Positions 51,917 to 64,000 of a DNA stretch of 64,000 bases are shown here, in pieces. The number at the start of each line of letters is the position of its first letter. Position 1 is the first letter of the stretch. This DNA comes from an uncultured Actinomycetes bacterium (GTDB taxonomy: Bacteria; Actinomycetota; Acidimicrobiia; IMCC26256; PALSA-610): assembly GCA_963745645.1 (NCBI GenBank), contig CAVUYD010000009.1, positions 1,805 to 65,804 of the forward strand, given 5' to 3'. The position numbers and the translations under genes were made by a program. The notes beneath the pieces were generated by a model that saw nothing but the letters and a program-made list of their open reading frames with translations, made no database searches and was not told the DNA's origin.

Positions 51917-53668
51917 GTGGTACGGAGTCGCAGGTCGCGTTGGATCGACGGCCGTCGCCGCCGTCGCGGCGCTCGCGGTGATCGCGTCGCGCGTGTGGGA
52001 GCAGCAGCAAGAGCAGCAGCACCAACAGCGGCGGCTCCGGCCACCACCGCCGGCATCACGGACGGCGGCAACGACGGCACGCCGGTCGCGGCGGCTCGCT
52101 CACCTACGGCCTCGAGGCCGACACGAGCGGTGGCTTCTGCCTCTACAAGGCGCAGCTCGCGATCGGCGGCATCCAGGTCGCGCGCGCGATCTACGACACG
52201 CTGACCATGCCGGGCGCCGACGGCAAGATCCACCCGTACCTCGCCGAGTCGGTGACGGCGAACGCCGAACAACACGATCTGGACGATCAAGCTCCGTCCG
52301 AACATCAAGTTCCACGACGGCACCGCGCTCGACGCCGCCGTCGTCAAGGACAACCTCGACCACCTACCGCAAGGACAACCCGCTGCTGTTCACGTTCGTC
52401 TTCGCCGACGTCACAGTCGGTCGACGTCGTCGACCCGCTGACCGTGAAGGTCGACGACCAAGGTGCCGTGGACCGCGTTCCCGTGGTTCCTCTGGAGCAG
52501 CAGCCGGCTCGGGATCATGGCCAAGGCGCAGATGGAGTCGCCCGACTGCAACACCAAGCTCATCGGCACCGGTCCGTTCGAGTGCGTGTCGTGGAAGTTC
52601 GGCGACAAGTTCGTCGCCAAGAAGAACCCGAACTACTGGTACAAGGACCCGAAGACCGGCGCGCCAGCTCCCGTACCTCGACCAGATCACGTTCATCCCG
52701 CAAGAGGACGGCGCGAAGCGCACTCGGCTCGCTCGAGGCCGGCGACTTCCAGATGATCCACACCTCGGACCCGCTGCAGATCGGTGAAGATCCGCAAGGA
52801 CGTCGCAGCAGGGCAAGCTGACCGACACCGAGTCCGACAAGTTCCCCGAGCTCGGCTACGTCGATGCTGAACGCGACGAAGGCGCCGTTCAACCACCTGT
52901 CGGCCCGCCAGGCGTTCGCGTACGCCGTCGACCGCGACGCAGTACAACAAGCTGCGCAACGACGGCATCCTGCAGCACGCGTCGGGCCCGTTCGGCCCGG
53001 GCGTCGACGGCTACCTCGCCGACACCGGCCTGCCCGACGTTCGACCCGACGAAGGCCAAGGCCGCCGCCGCGAAGTACAAGCAGGAGACCGGCAAGGACC
53101 TGACGTTCACGCTCGTCGCACACCGCCGACCCGTCGACCACGCAGGACGCGGTGCTCGTGCAGCAGATGGTGCAGCAGAACGCCGGCATCAAGGTGCAGC
53201 CTGCAACGCGGTGCCCGACCAGAGCACGCTGATCAACATCGCCATCGGCCGGCAGTTCGACGCCGTGCTCGTGGCGCAACCACCCCGGCGCCGACCCCGA
53301 CACGCAGTACGTGTGGTGGCACTGCGGCAACTCGCCGGCGCGGGACGACCCGAACGGCGGCGGCGTGCGACAACCCCGTCAACTTCGGCGGCTTCAACGA
53401 CCCGATCATCAACAACGCACCTCGACAAGGCCCGCTCGACGCCGACGCGGCGGCGCGCACGAAGATCTACGAGGACATCAACAAGCGGTTCGCCACGCAG
53501 CTCTGGAACCTCTGGTCGCAGTACACGCTGTGGACGGTCGGCCGTACAAGCCGAACGTCCACGACGTGCTCGGCCCGGACCTTCCCGACGGCAGCGGCTC
53601 CGTTCGAGGGTCTGCCCGACCGGACACCCGGTCGACGGCATCTGGTGCGACAAGCGGGCAAGTGCTGA
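51917..53668 (+). CDS. ABC substrate-binding protein, family 5 (Dpp/Opp-like); heavily frameshifted
   Basis: LTYGLEADT, AIYDTL, PYLAESVT, IKFHDGT, IGTGPF, NPNYW, PYLDQITF, RQAFAYAVDR. Confidence 0.8.
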
Positions 53669-53716
53669 TCAGGATCGGTGACGCCGAGCGGCAGGAGCGA
53701 AGGAGAGGACGACGCG

Positions 53717-54687
53717 TGCAAGTGATCGTGCGACGGGTGATTCAGCTCATCGTCGTGCTGATCGTCGTCACGTTCTTCACGTCGCATCCTCACTGCGCTC
53801 CTGCCCGGCGACCCGGTCACGACGATCGCGCCGTTCTCGTCGGCCGCAGGACCGCGCGACAGCATCCGCGAGCAGCTCAACCTGAACGAGAACATCGTCG
53901 TGCGCTACGGCGACGTGGCTCGGCAACTTCGTGACCGGCGACATGGGCCGTGAGTACGCCGGCACCGGCATGCGCGGTCGACCCGGTGGCGATCGACGCG
54001 GATCAAGGACTCGCTGCCGCGTCGCTGCTGCTGATGCTCTACGTGCAGATCCTGACGCTTGTTGATCGCGGTGCCGCTCGGGGTCTACACGCGTATCGGG
54101 CGGGTCGCGGTTCGACGACTCGTCGAACGGCGTTCGCGTTCCGTTCCTCTGAGCATCCCGGTGTACGTCGCCGCGACGCTCATGCTGTTGTTCCTGAGCA
54201 GTGCGCCAGAACCATCCTGCCGAGCGAGGGCTGGGTCGCGTTCACGAGCAATCCGGTCGAACACTTCAAGCACCTCGCGATGCCCGTCGATCGCGATCAC
54301 CGTCGGCCAGATCGCGATCTACACGCGCCTGCTGCGCAGCGACATGGTCGCGACGCTGCAGGAGGACTACATCCTCATGGCGAAGAGCAAGGGGATCAGC
54401 GACGGCCGGGTGCTCTGGCGCCACGCGCTCCGGCCGTCGAGCCTGACGCTGCTCACGGTCGCCGGCCTCAACGTCGGCACCCTGATCGGCGGCGCGCTCA
54501 TCGTCGAGGTCATCTTCCACCTGAACGGTCTCGGCTTCGCGATCAGCGACGCGATCAACCGGCGCCAGTACATCGCGCTCCAGGACTACATCGCGGTCGT
54601 CGCGATCGTGTACGTGCTCGTCAACTTCGCGTGGACGGCCTCTACCGCGTGCTCGACCCGAGGATCCGCGGTGCTCGAATCGGCTGA
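53717..54687 (+). CDS. ABC permease (DppB-like); frameshifted
   Basis: LLPGDP, RLLRSDM..LQEDYILMAKSKG, RHALRPS, GGALIVEVIF, LDPRIR. Confidence 0.85.
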
Positions 54688-55630
54688 CACCGACGTCGGC
54701 ACGGTCATCGCCGATGCCGCGCTCCCGCATGGATCCGCGCTCGCGACCGGAGGAGGCCTGCCGAGAAGCGCAAGATCGGTCTGGCTCGCGTGGCTCGGCG
54801 ATCGGCTGGCTCGCGTTCATCGTGCTCATCGCGATCCTCGCGCCGGTGCTCCCGCTCCAAGACCCGATCAACGGCGACTACCTCCATCCGAAGGCGGGCC
54901 TGTTCTCGCCCGGTCACCTCCTCGGCACCGACGACTCCGGCCGCGACGTGTTCAGCCGCGGTGATCTGGGGCGCGCGCGCGTCGCTGCTCATCGCCGTCG
55001 GCTCGATCGTCGTTCGGCACGCTCATCGGCGGCTTCCTCGGCCTCCTCGCCGGCTTCAAGGGCCGCACGACCGACACGGTCCTGAGCGGCATCTTCAACA
55101 TCCTTCTCGCGTTCCCGCAGCTCGTGCTCGCGCTCACGCTCGTCTCGGTGCTCGCGCCGAAGCACGTCCGGCGGCGCGCAGCCGGCGACGTGGTCGCACG
55201 ACATCGGCGTCGTGATCCTGGCCGTCGGCATCGTCTCGATCCCGGTGCTCGGGCGCATCACGCGCGCCAGCGCGCTCTCGTGGACGCAACGCGAGTTCGT
55301 CATGGCCGCGCGCGCGCAGGGCGCCAAGCGACCGGCGCGTCATGTTCCGCGAGGTGCTGCCGAACGTGCTCCCCGCGATGTTGTCGATCGCGCTGCTCGG
55401 CGTCGCGGTCGTCATCGTGCTCGAGGGCGGCGCTCGCGGTCTTCGGCGTCAGCATCCAAGACCGCCGATCCGTCGTGGGGCAACATGATCTATTCGCAGT
55501 CTGAGCAACCTGCAGACCGCGCCCGCGGATCGTGGATCGTGCCGTCGATCTTGATCTTCGTCTCGGTGCTCGCGCTCAACTACCTCGGCGACGTCGTCCG
55601 CGCCCGCTTCGACGTGCGGGAGAGCGCGCT

Positions 55631-55634
<4 letters not shown>
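54671..55634 (+). CDS. ABC permease (DppC-like); frameshifted
   Basis: HLLGTDDSGRDVFSR, GARASL, REFVMAARAQGA, EVLPNV, PSWGNMI, NYLGD. Confidence 0.85.
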
Positions 55635-57824
<2,190 letters not shown>

Positions 57825-57846
57825 CGTCCCGCCAGGGGCTCGACGG

Positions 57847-59018
57847 TCAGTCGCCGCGCGGCAGGCCGAGGATGCGCTGGGCGACGATGTTCTTGTTCAC
57901 CTGCGTGGTGCCGCCCGCGATCGTGAGCGCACGGCTGTAGACGCGGTCGCGCGCCCACGGTCCCGCGAGCGCGTCGGGCCCGAGGACCGCTGACGCGACC
58001 TCGGTGATGTGCTGTTCGGCTTCGCTCCAGAGCAGTTTGGCGATGCTGCCCTCCGGGCCCATCGCCCGTCCGTGCAGCTCCGCCGACAAGCGCGCGCTCG
58101 GAGATGAGCTTGAGCAGCTCGCCTTCCAGGTAGACGCGCGCGAGCGGCTGTCGGAGCACGGGATCGTCGGTGGCGACGCGACCGTCGCCGAGGGGGATGG
58201 TGCGGGCGTCGTCGATGAGCCGCTGGATCTTCTGCGCGCGTGCCGAGGTGCAACTTGGCGACGGTGCCGCGCTCGTACGCGAGCGTCGTCATCGCGACGC
58301 GCCAGCCGTCGTCGACGGCGCCGAGCGTGCAGTCGACCGGAACGCGCACGTCGGTGAAGAAGATCTCGTTGAACTCCTTCTCGCCGGTGATGGTCGTGAG
58401 CGGGCGCACTTCGACGCCCGGCAGCGTCATGTCGACGAGCAGGCACGTGATGCCCCGGTGCTTCGGCACGTCGGGATCGGTCCGCACGAGGAGCTCGCAC
58501 CAGTTCGCGAGGTGACCGAGCGTGTTCCACGTCTTCTGCCCGTTGACGATCCACACGTCGCCGTCGCGGACTGCGGAGGTGCGCAGCGACGCGAGGTCGG
58601 AGCCCGCGTTCGGTTCGGAGAAGCCCTGGCACCAGATGTCGTCGCCGCGCAGCATGCGGGGCAGCAGCGTGCGCTTCTGTTCGTCGGTGCCGTGCTCGAT
58701 GATCGCGGGTGCGATGTTCGAGAGCCCGAGCGGGTTCAGCGTGCCCGGCGCATGCGCGCGGTGCATCTCTTCCGCGTAGACGACCTGTTCCATGATCCCG
58801 GCGCCCCGGCCGCCCCACTCGTCGGGCCACGCGATCGCGGCGTAGCGCGCGTCGGCGAGCGTGCGGTTCCACGTCCGCAGCCGGGCCAGGCGGTCGTCGT
58901 CGATCTCGAGCGAGCCGGCCAACCCCGTGCCGGCGAGATCGTCGGGGAGGTTGGCGTCGAGCCAGCTGCGGAATTCCTTCCGGAACGTCTCGGCTTCGGG
59001 GGGATACGTGAAATCCAT
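57847..59018 (-). CDS. Acyl-CoA dehydrogenase; frameshifted
   Basis: WCQGFSEPNAGSDLA, NGQKTW, FNEIFFTDVRVP, TLAYER, TIAGGTTQVNKNI. Confidence 0.9.
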
Positions 59019-59028
59019 CGTCTCCGCG

Positions 59029-59904
59029 TCAGTCCTTGAGGCCGCCGCGCGCGAGGGCGGCGTCCACTTCCTGTTGCTTGGCGACGTTCTCGGCGTGCAG
59101 CTCCTCGGTGGTGCGCACGCGGCCGTCGACCTTGAGCTCGCCCATGATGTGCACCTCGCCGAGCGTCTCTTGCATGTAGCCGGGTCCGTCGGCGGTGGGG
59201 ATGAACCAGCCGGTGGGGCACATCGTGAGCACCTCGACGAACGAGAAGCCTTCCTCGCGCACCTGCGACTCGAACGCGCGGTGGAACATCTTCTTCGTGC
59301 GCGCCACGGCACCGGCGTTGTGCACGGAACCGCGCGCGACGTAGGCCGCACCCTGCAACGTAGCGATGAGGTCGCCGATGAGGATCGGGAACCCGTGGTA
59401 CTCGGCGTCGCGGCCGTCGAGCGTGTTCTTGGTGCGCTGACCGATCACGCTGGTGGCGGTCATGTGGCCGCCGGTCTCACCGAAGACACCGTTGTTCAAC
59501 AGGATGCACGTGACGTTCTCACCGCGGGCCGCGGTGTGCAGCGACCTCCTGCAGTCCTTCGTTCACCATGTCGCCGTCGCCTTGCAGCGTGAACACGAGC
59601 GCGTCGGGCAGCATCCGCTTGACGCCGGTGGCGACGGACGGCGCGCGGCCGTGCAGCGCCTGGACGAGGTCGACGTCCATGGTGCTCGCGAACGACGTGT
59701 AGCAACCGATGCCCGCCACGCCGATCGCGTGCTCGACCTGATCGAGCTCCTCGATGGTCTCGAGGAACTGCCGAACCGCGAGCGGTTCGCCGCAGCCCGG
59801 GCACATGTGGTGCTCCTGGGTGAGGAGCAGGTCCGGCTTGTTCGGCTCGATCAGCCGCGCGATCAGCGGGGGTGCCGACGTGTCGAGAACGGGACCGTTT
59901 GTCT
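59029..59904 (-). CDS. 2-oxoacid:ferredoxin oxidoreductase beta subunit (TPP-binding)
   Basis: MCPGCG, GIGC, HGRAPSVATG, QGDGD, NNGVFGETGG, VEVLTMCPTGW. The start ATG appears to have lost one base after AGGAG. Confidence 0.85.
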
Positions 59905-61064
59905 GAGCGCTCCTGGTGAGGTTGCAACTCGTAGCTGAACTGCTCGTAGCCGGGGATCATCGAGAGCTCGGCGCCGGTGTGCAGCGCGAGGATCCGCTCG
60001 CGAATCGCTTCGACTTCGAGGAGCCGGCCCATGCCGAAGCCGGAGCCGTCGGTCGAGACGCCGCCGATGAACGTCACCGGCACCTGTCCGGCGACGCCGA
60101 TGCGCACGTCGTCGATGATCTGGCCGGCGCGAGAGCTCGAACGAGCCGACGCGCTGCGCGCCCGCGCAACCTTCGGCGATCGTCTCGTACGGGAACGGCC
60201 ACAACGTGATCGGACGGACGTAGCCGATGCGGTGACCTTCGGCGCGCAGCTGCTTGATCGCGTACTTCACGAACTTCGCAGGCGAACCGAACGCGACGAT
60301 CACGGTCTCCGCGTCGTCGAGGTAGCCGGTTTCGACGCGCACTTCGCGCTCCATGAGCGGCGTCTTCGTCGCGATGTACTGCGCCTTGCCTTCCTGGCCG
60401 ATCGCGGGTTGGCCGTGCTTGGCCACGCCGAGCGGCGTGACCGACTTCGAGCGGCCGGAACCCGATGCGGTGCCGTCGACCGCCCAGTCCTTCGGCGGCA
60501 GCTCGGGGAACGCCGCGGGCTCGATCGACAACGCCTCCTGCGTGTGCGCGAGGAGGTAGTCGCCGTAGATCAGCACGGGATTGCGCCACTTGTCGGCGAG
60601 GTGGAACGCGAGCTGGACGTGCTCCACGCCTTCGCGCACGTCCTGCGGTGCGAGCACGATGTGCCGGTAGTCGCCGTGGCCACCGCCGCGCGTCGCCTGG
60701 TAGTAGTCCTGCTGGCCGCGCGCCATGTTGAAGATGACGAGCGGCAGCTCGGCCAGCGTGATCTCGGAGAACGACTCCTGCATGAGCGAGAGTCCCTGGC
60801 CGGTCGAGCCGGTCGCGGCGCGCGCGCCGGTGGCGAGCGCACCCCACGCCATGCCGACGGCTTCGAGCTCCGACTCCGCATTGATGCAGACGCCGCCGGC
60901 GTCGGGAAGCAGTCGGGCGAAGTGCTCGAGCACCTCGGTGAACGGCGTCATCGGGTAGCCCGCGAAGAAGCGGCAGCCCGCGGCGATCGCGGCGCGCGCC
61001 AGGGCTTCGGAGCCTTCCATCAGCACGCGGTGGTTCCGGTCGGTCGCGGCCGTGTGACGGTCAT
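59902..61064 (-). CDS. vorB: 2-oxoacid:ferredoxin oxidoreductase alpha subunit (VorB-like)
   Basis: GSEALARAAIAAGCRFFAGYPMTP, AESELEA, TGSTGQGLSLMQE, RGGGHGDY, RPITLWPFP. Confidence 0.85.
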
Positions 61065-61338
61065 GTCGCCACCGCCGCGATCGGGACTTCGGTGACTCGG
61101 GGCGTGTCGAAGCGGAACACCTCGAACACGAAGTCGGGGCACACGAGCAGGCACGCCGCGCACCCGGTGCAGCCGGGATGCAGCTCGGGGTAGCGGTAGC
61201 CCATGTGGTTCACCGCCGTCGACATCGCGAGCACCTCCGGCGGGCACGCGGGGATGCAGAGATCGCAGCCCTTGCAGTGCTCGACGTCGATGGTGACGGT
61301 GCCGCGGCTCTTGATGGCTGGTCTCGCGACTCAGACAC
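61061..61338 (-). CDS. 2x[4Fe-4S] ferredoxin (delta subunit)
   Basis: CKGCDLCIPACP and CTGCAACLLVCP. Confidence 0.9.
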
Positions 61339-61905
61339 GGGCGGTCTCCCAGGCCGGGAACGCGTCGGCGGGCAGGAGCTCCCACCCGGCGCGCAGCGCG
61401 CGTTCGTTCGCTTCGATGTGCTGCGTCCGGTACGACGGGATCGACGCGCGCATCGCCTCGACGAGCGCGTCCACGGAGACGATGCCGCGTGGTCGCGCAG
61501 AACGCGCCGAGCATCACCATCGATCCGGACAGCGGGTTGCCGAGCTCGGTGGCGACCGTCGGTGGCGGCGACGCGGTGCACGGTCACGTCGGCGCGGATC
61601 GTCGCTCGTGAACGTCGTGTCGTTGACGAGCACGAGGCCACCGGGCCGGAGCTTGGCTTCGACGCGGGCCAGTAGTCGTCGTGCATCGCGATCGCCGACC
61701 ACGCGTGCGACACGACCGGCGGCGCCAGGATCGGCGCGTCGGCGACGACGACGGTGCTGTCGGTGTTGCCGCCGCGCATCATGCCGCCGTAGAGGCCGAG
61801 GTACATGACCTCGCGGCCTTCGAGCGTGGCGCCGCGCGCGAGCACCTGCGCCGCGAGCTGCACGCCCTGGCCGCCGATGCCGGTGATGAGCAGTTCACGT
61901 TCCAT
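61331..61905 (-). CDS. 2-oxoacid:acceptor oxidoreductase gamma subunit; frameshifted
   Basis: [32 protein letters not shown]. Confidence 0.85.
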
Positions 61906-62541
61906 GGGTCGTCCGACTCCTGCGAGGCAGAACGCGACGAGCTGCTGTACCTCGTGTCGATCGGGGACGCGACGTTCGACGATGGCGTCGTTCATGCGGG
62001 CCAGCGCGAGCTCGCACACGAACACGACGTCCTCGTCGGTCGCCGCCGAGGGCGGTCACGCACGGGCGCAAGCGTGTCGAGCAGTTCGGTGCGGCTCGCC
62101 GCCGAGGTCGGCGGGGAAGCGGTCCGCGAGCCGGTCGCCGTTGATCGCGAACGGGCGGGTCGCCTCGGCCGCCTCGCGGGTCGCGGGCCTGTGCCATCAC
62201 GCCGTCGATCAAGCGGCGCGACCTGTTCGTCGGGGTCGTCGGTCGCCGCGCACCCGGGCGCGGAGGTAGTCGACGAGCTGGCGCTGGCCGTCGGCGAGCA
62301 CCGCGAGCAGCAGCGCGTCCTTCGACGCGAAGTGCCGGTAGAAGGCCTGGTTCGAGAGCCCGGCCGCCTTCACGATGTCGCGGACCTGCGGGTCGATGTC
62401 GCCGGTCCGGCGCATCACCGCGAACGCGGCGTCGATCAGCCGCCGGACCTCGGCCGCGTACTGGCCGCGGCGCCCCGCCACCGCCCGTTCCGCGACTGCG
62501 TGCTCCAAGGCGGTCTTCGACTCCGGAACAACGTTCTGCAC
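61895..62541 (-). CDS. TetR/AcrR family transcriptional regulator; frameshifted
   Basis: [36 protein letters not shown] helix-turn-helix. Confidence 0.85.
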
Positions 62542-62558
62542 TTCCGGAACACTATTCC
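62522..62558. promoter_or_regulatory. Probable tandem TetR operator
   Basis: GGAACAACGTTCT and GGAACACTATTCC imperfect palindromes. TCCGGAACA is repeated at 21-bp spacing over the TetR start and -10. Confidence 0.5.
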
Positions 62559-62599
62559 AGTGCCGGCCCGGCAATCGTCCCGACCACCCGCCCCAGCGC

Positions 62600-64000
62600 G
62601 GAGGATTCCGGACGTTGCTCCAACCGGGGTCGGCTCGGCTTGGAGGCGTTCGACGATGAGGGTGCGCTGGATCTGGCCGGTGGCGGCGGTGCGGGGGAGG
62701 GCGTCGACGACGGCGAGGCGGCGGGGGTGCTTGAACGGCGCGAGCCGGCCCTCGCAGAACGTCGCGGAGCGTGTCGAGGTCGGGCGGCGAGCGCGCCGGG
62801 CCGGCACGACGACCACCGCGGTGACGACCTCGCCCCACTGCGGGTCGGGGACGCCGACGACCGCGACCTCGGCCACCGCTGGATGCTCGGCGAGCGACCT
62901 GCTCGACCTCGGGCGGCGCGACCGTCTCGCCGCCGGTCCGGATGACGTCGCGCGCGCGGCCGACGATGGACAGGTAGCCGTCGTCGTCGAGCGCGCCGAG
63001 GTCGCCGGTGTGGTACCAGCCGTCGCGCAGCGCCTCGGCGGTCGCGTCGGGCGTCGTCGAAGTAGCCGTCCATCAGGAACGGGCTGCGCATCACGACCTC
63101 GCCGTCGTCGGTGAGCTTCACCTCGACGCCGGCTTGCGGCGACGTCCGACGCTGCCCGGCTTGCGGAAGAGGTCGGCGTCGCCGAGTTGCACGCCCGGGC
63201 CCGCTTCGGTCGAGCCGTAGAACACGCGCGTCCGCGTGTGGGGGAGCGCGTCCTTGATCGCGTGCAGCAGCTCGGGCGGCGTCGCCGACGTGCCGGTGTC
63301 GGCTTCGTCGAGACTCGACGAGGTCGTCGCCGCCGACGCCGTGTTCGAGGATGCGCGACCACACCGCCGGGATGCAGTACAGCCGCGACGCGCGGTGGCG
63401 CGCGGTGGTGCGCAACAGCGTCTCCGCGTCGGGGGTGCGCACGAAGTGCACGGGCCGGCGGCCCTGCCAGGCGCCGAGCGCGATCGTCCAGCCCGCCATG
63501 TGGAACAGCGGGAACATGCAGACGCGTCCCCGGCGCCGCCCGGGGTCGTGGTCGCGCCGACGTACGTGCGCAGCCAGTTCGCGCGGTGCGAGAGCACGAC
63601 ACCTTTCGGCCGCCCGGTGCTGCCGCTCGTGAAGAAGATGACGTGCGGGTCGCGCTCGTCGAGGTCGGCGATCGCAGGAGCGGTCGGCCGCGCCGGGCTC
63701 GGGACGCTCGGGATGCGAGACGCCGGTCGAGCTCGGCCAGCTCCGTCGCGCGGTCCGAGTGCGACGCACCGCACAAGCAGCAGGCGCGGCCGCGCGTACT
63801 CGGCGACCGGCGCGCAACTCGTCGACGCGACGCCCGCGCGTTCAGCGGCGCGAACACGGCACCGATCTTGGCGAGCGCCGCGAACACCGGGCACCGCTTC
63901 GAGCGACGTGTCGCTCCACCACAGCACGCGGTCGCCGCGCCCGACCCAGAGCTCGCGCAGCCCGTTCGCGATCCGGTTCGCCTCCGCGTCGATCTCGCCG
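62600..64000 (-). CDS. Class I adenylate-forming enzyme (acyl-CoA synthetase); 5'-partial, frameshifted, 3' end uncertain
   Basis: [69 protein letters not shown]. Confidence 0.88.

Noticed and set aside
61210..62025. Apparent TetR::gamma-subunit in-frame fusion
   Set aside because: One missing base would give TetR a normal stop at 61895 overlapping the gamma start, and the region is indel-rich.

Overview
High-GC actinobacterial DNA; gene content and style suggest Acidimicrobiia (inference). Many single-base indels, most likely long-read consensus errors, split real genes across several ORFs, so coordinates of frameshifted genes are approximate. Layout: (1) 1-1.6 kb, a VOC protein and an F420-type LLM oxidoreductase. 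(2) About 1.6-27.3 kb, a large envelope-glycosylation locus with about 7 GT-C-type membrane proteins including an AftD homologue, two polyprenyl-phosphate sugar synthases, GT4, two acyltransferase-3 proteins, a deacetylase, a GNAT and a methyltransferase. (3) 27.3-28.3 kb, a hidden selenoprotein: a thioredoxin-fold protein with an in-frame UGA in W-A-S-W-U-G-C followed by a SECIS-like hairpin. (4) 28.4-35 kb, accessory genes, including an internally deleted GNAT relic. (5) 35-45 kb, two paralogous solute-binding lipoproteins plus a hybrid transporter (MFS::ABC-ATPase fusion and LivH-LivM-LivG fusion). (6) 45-64 kb, an O-methyltransferase, a Cys-loop beta-propeller lipoprotein, a fucA/serA2-like pair, acyl-CoA catabolic genes, a dpp/opp ABC operon with a consensus promoter and CRP-type site, and a TetR-linked 2-oxoacid:ferredoxin oxidoreductase operon. 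A recurring intergenic palindrome, TGAC-N6-GTCA, points to an uncharacterised regulon. I saw no rRNA, tRNA, CRISPR array or transposase.
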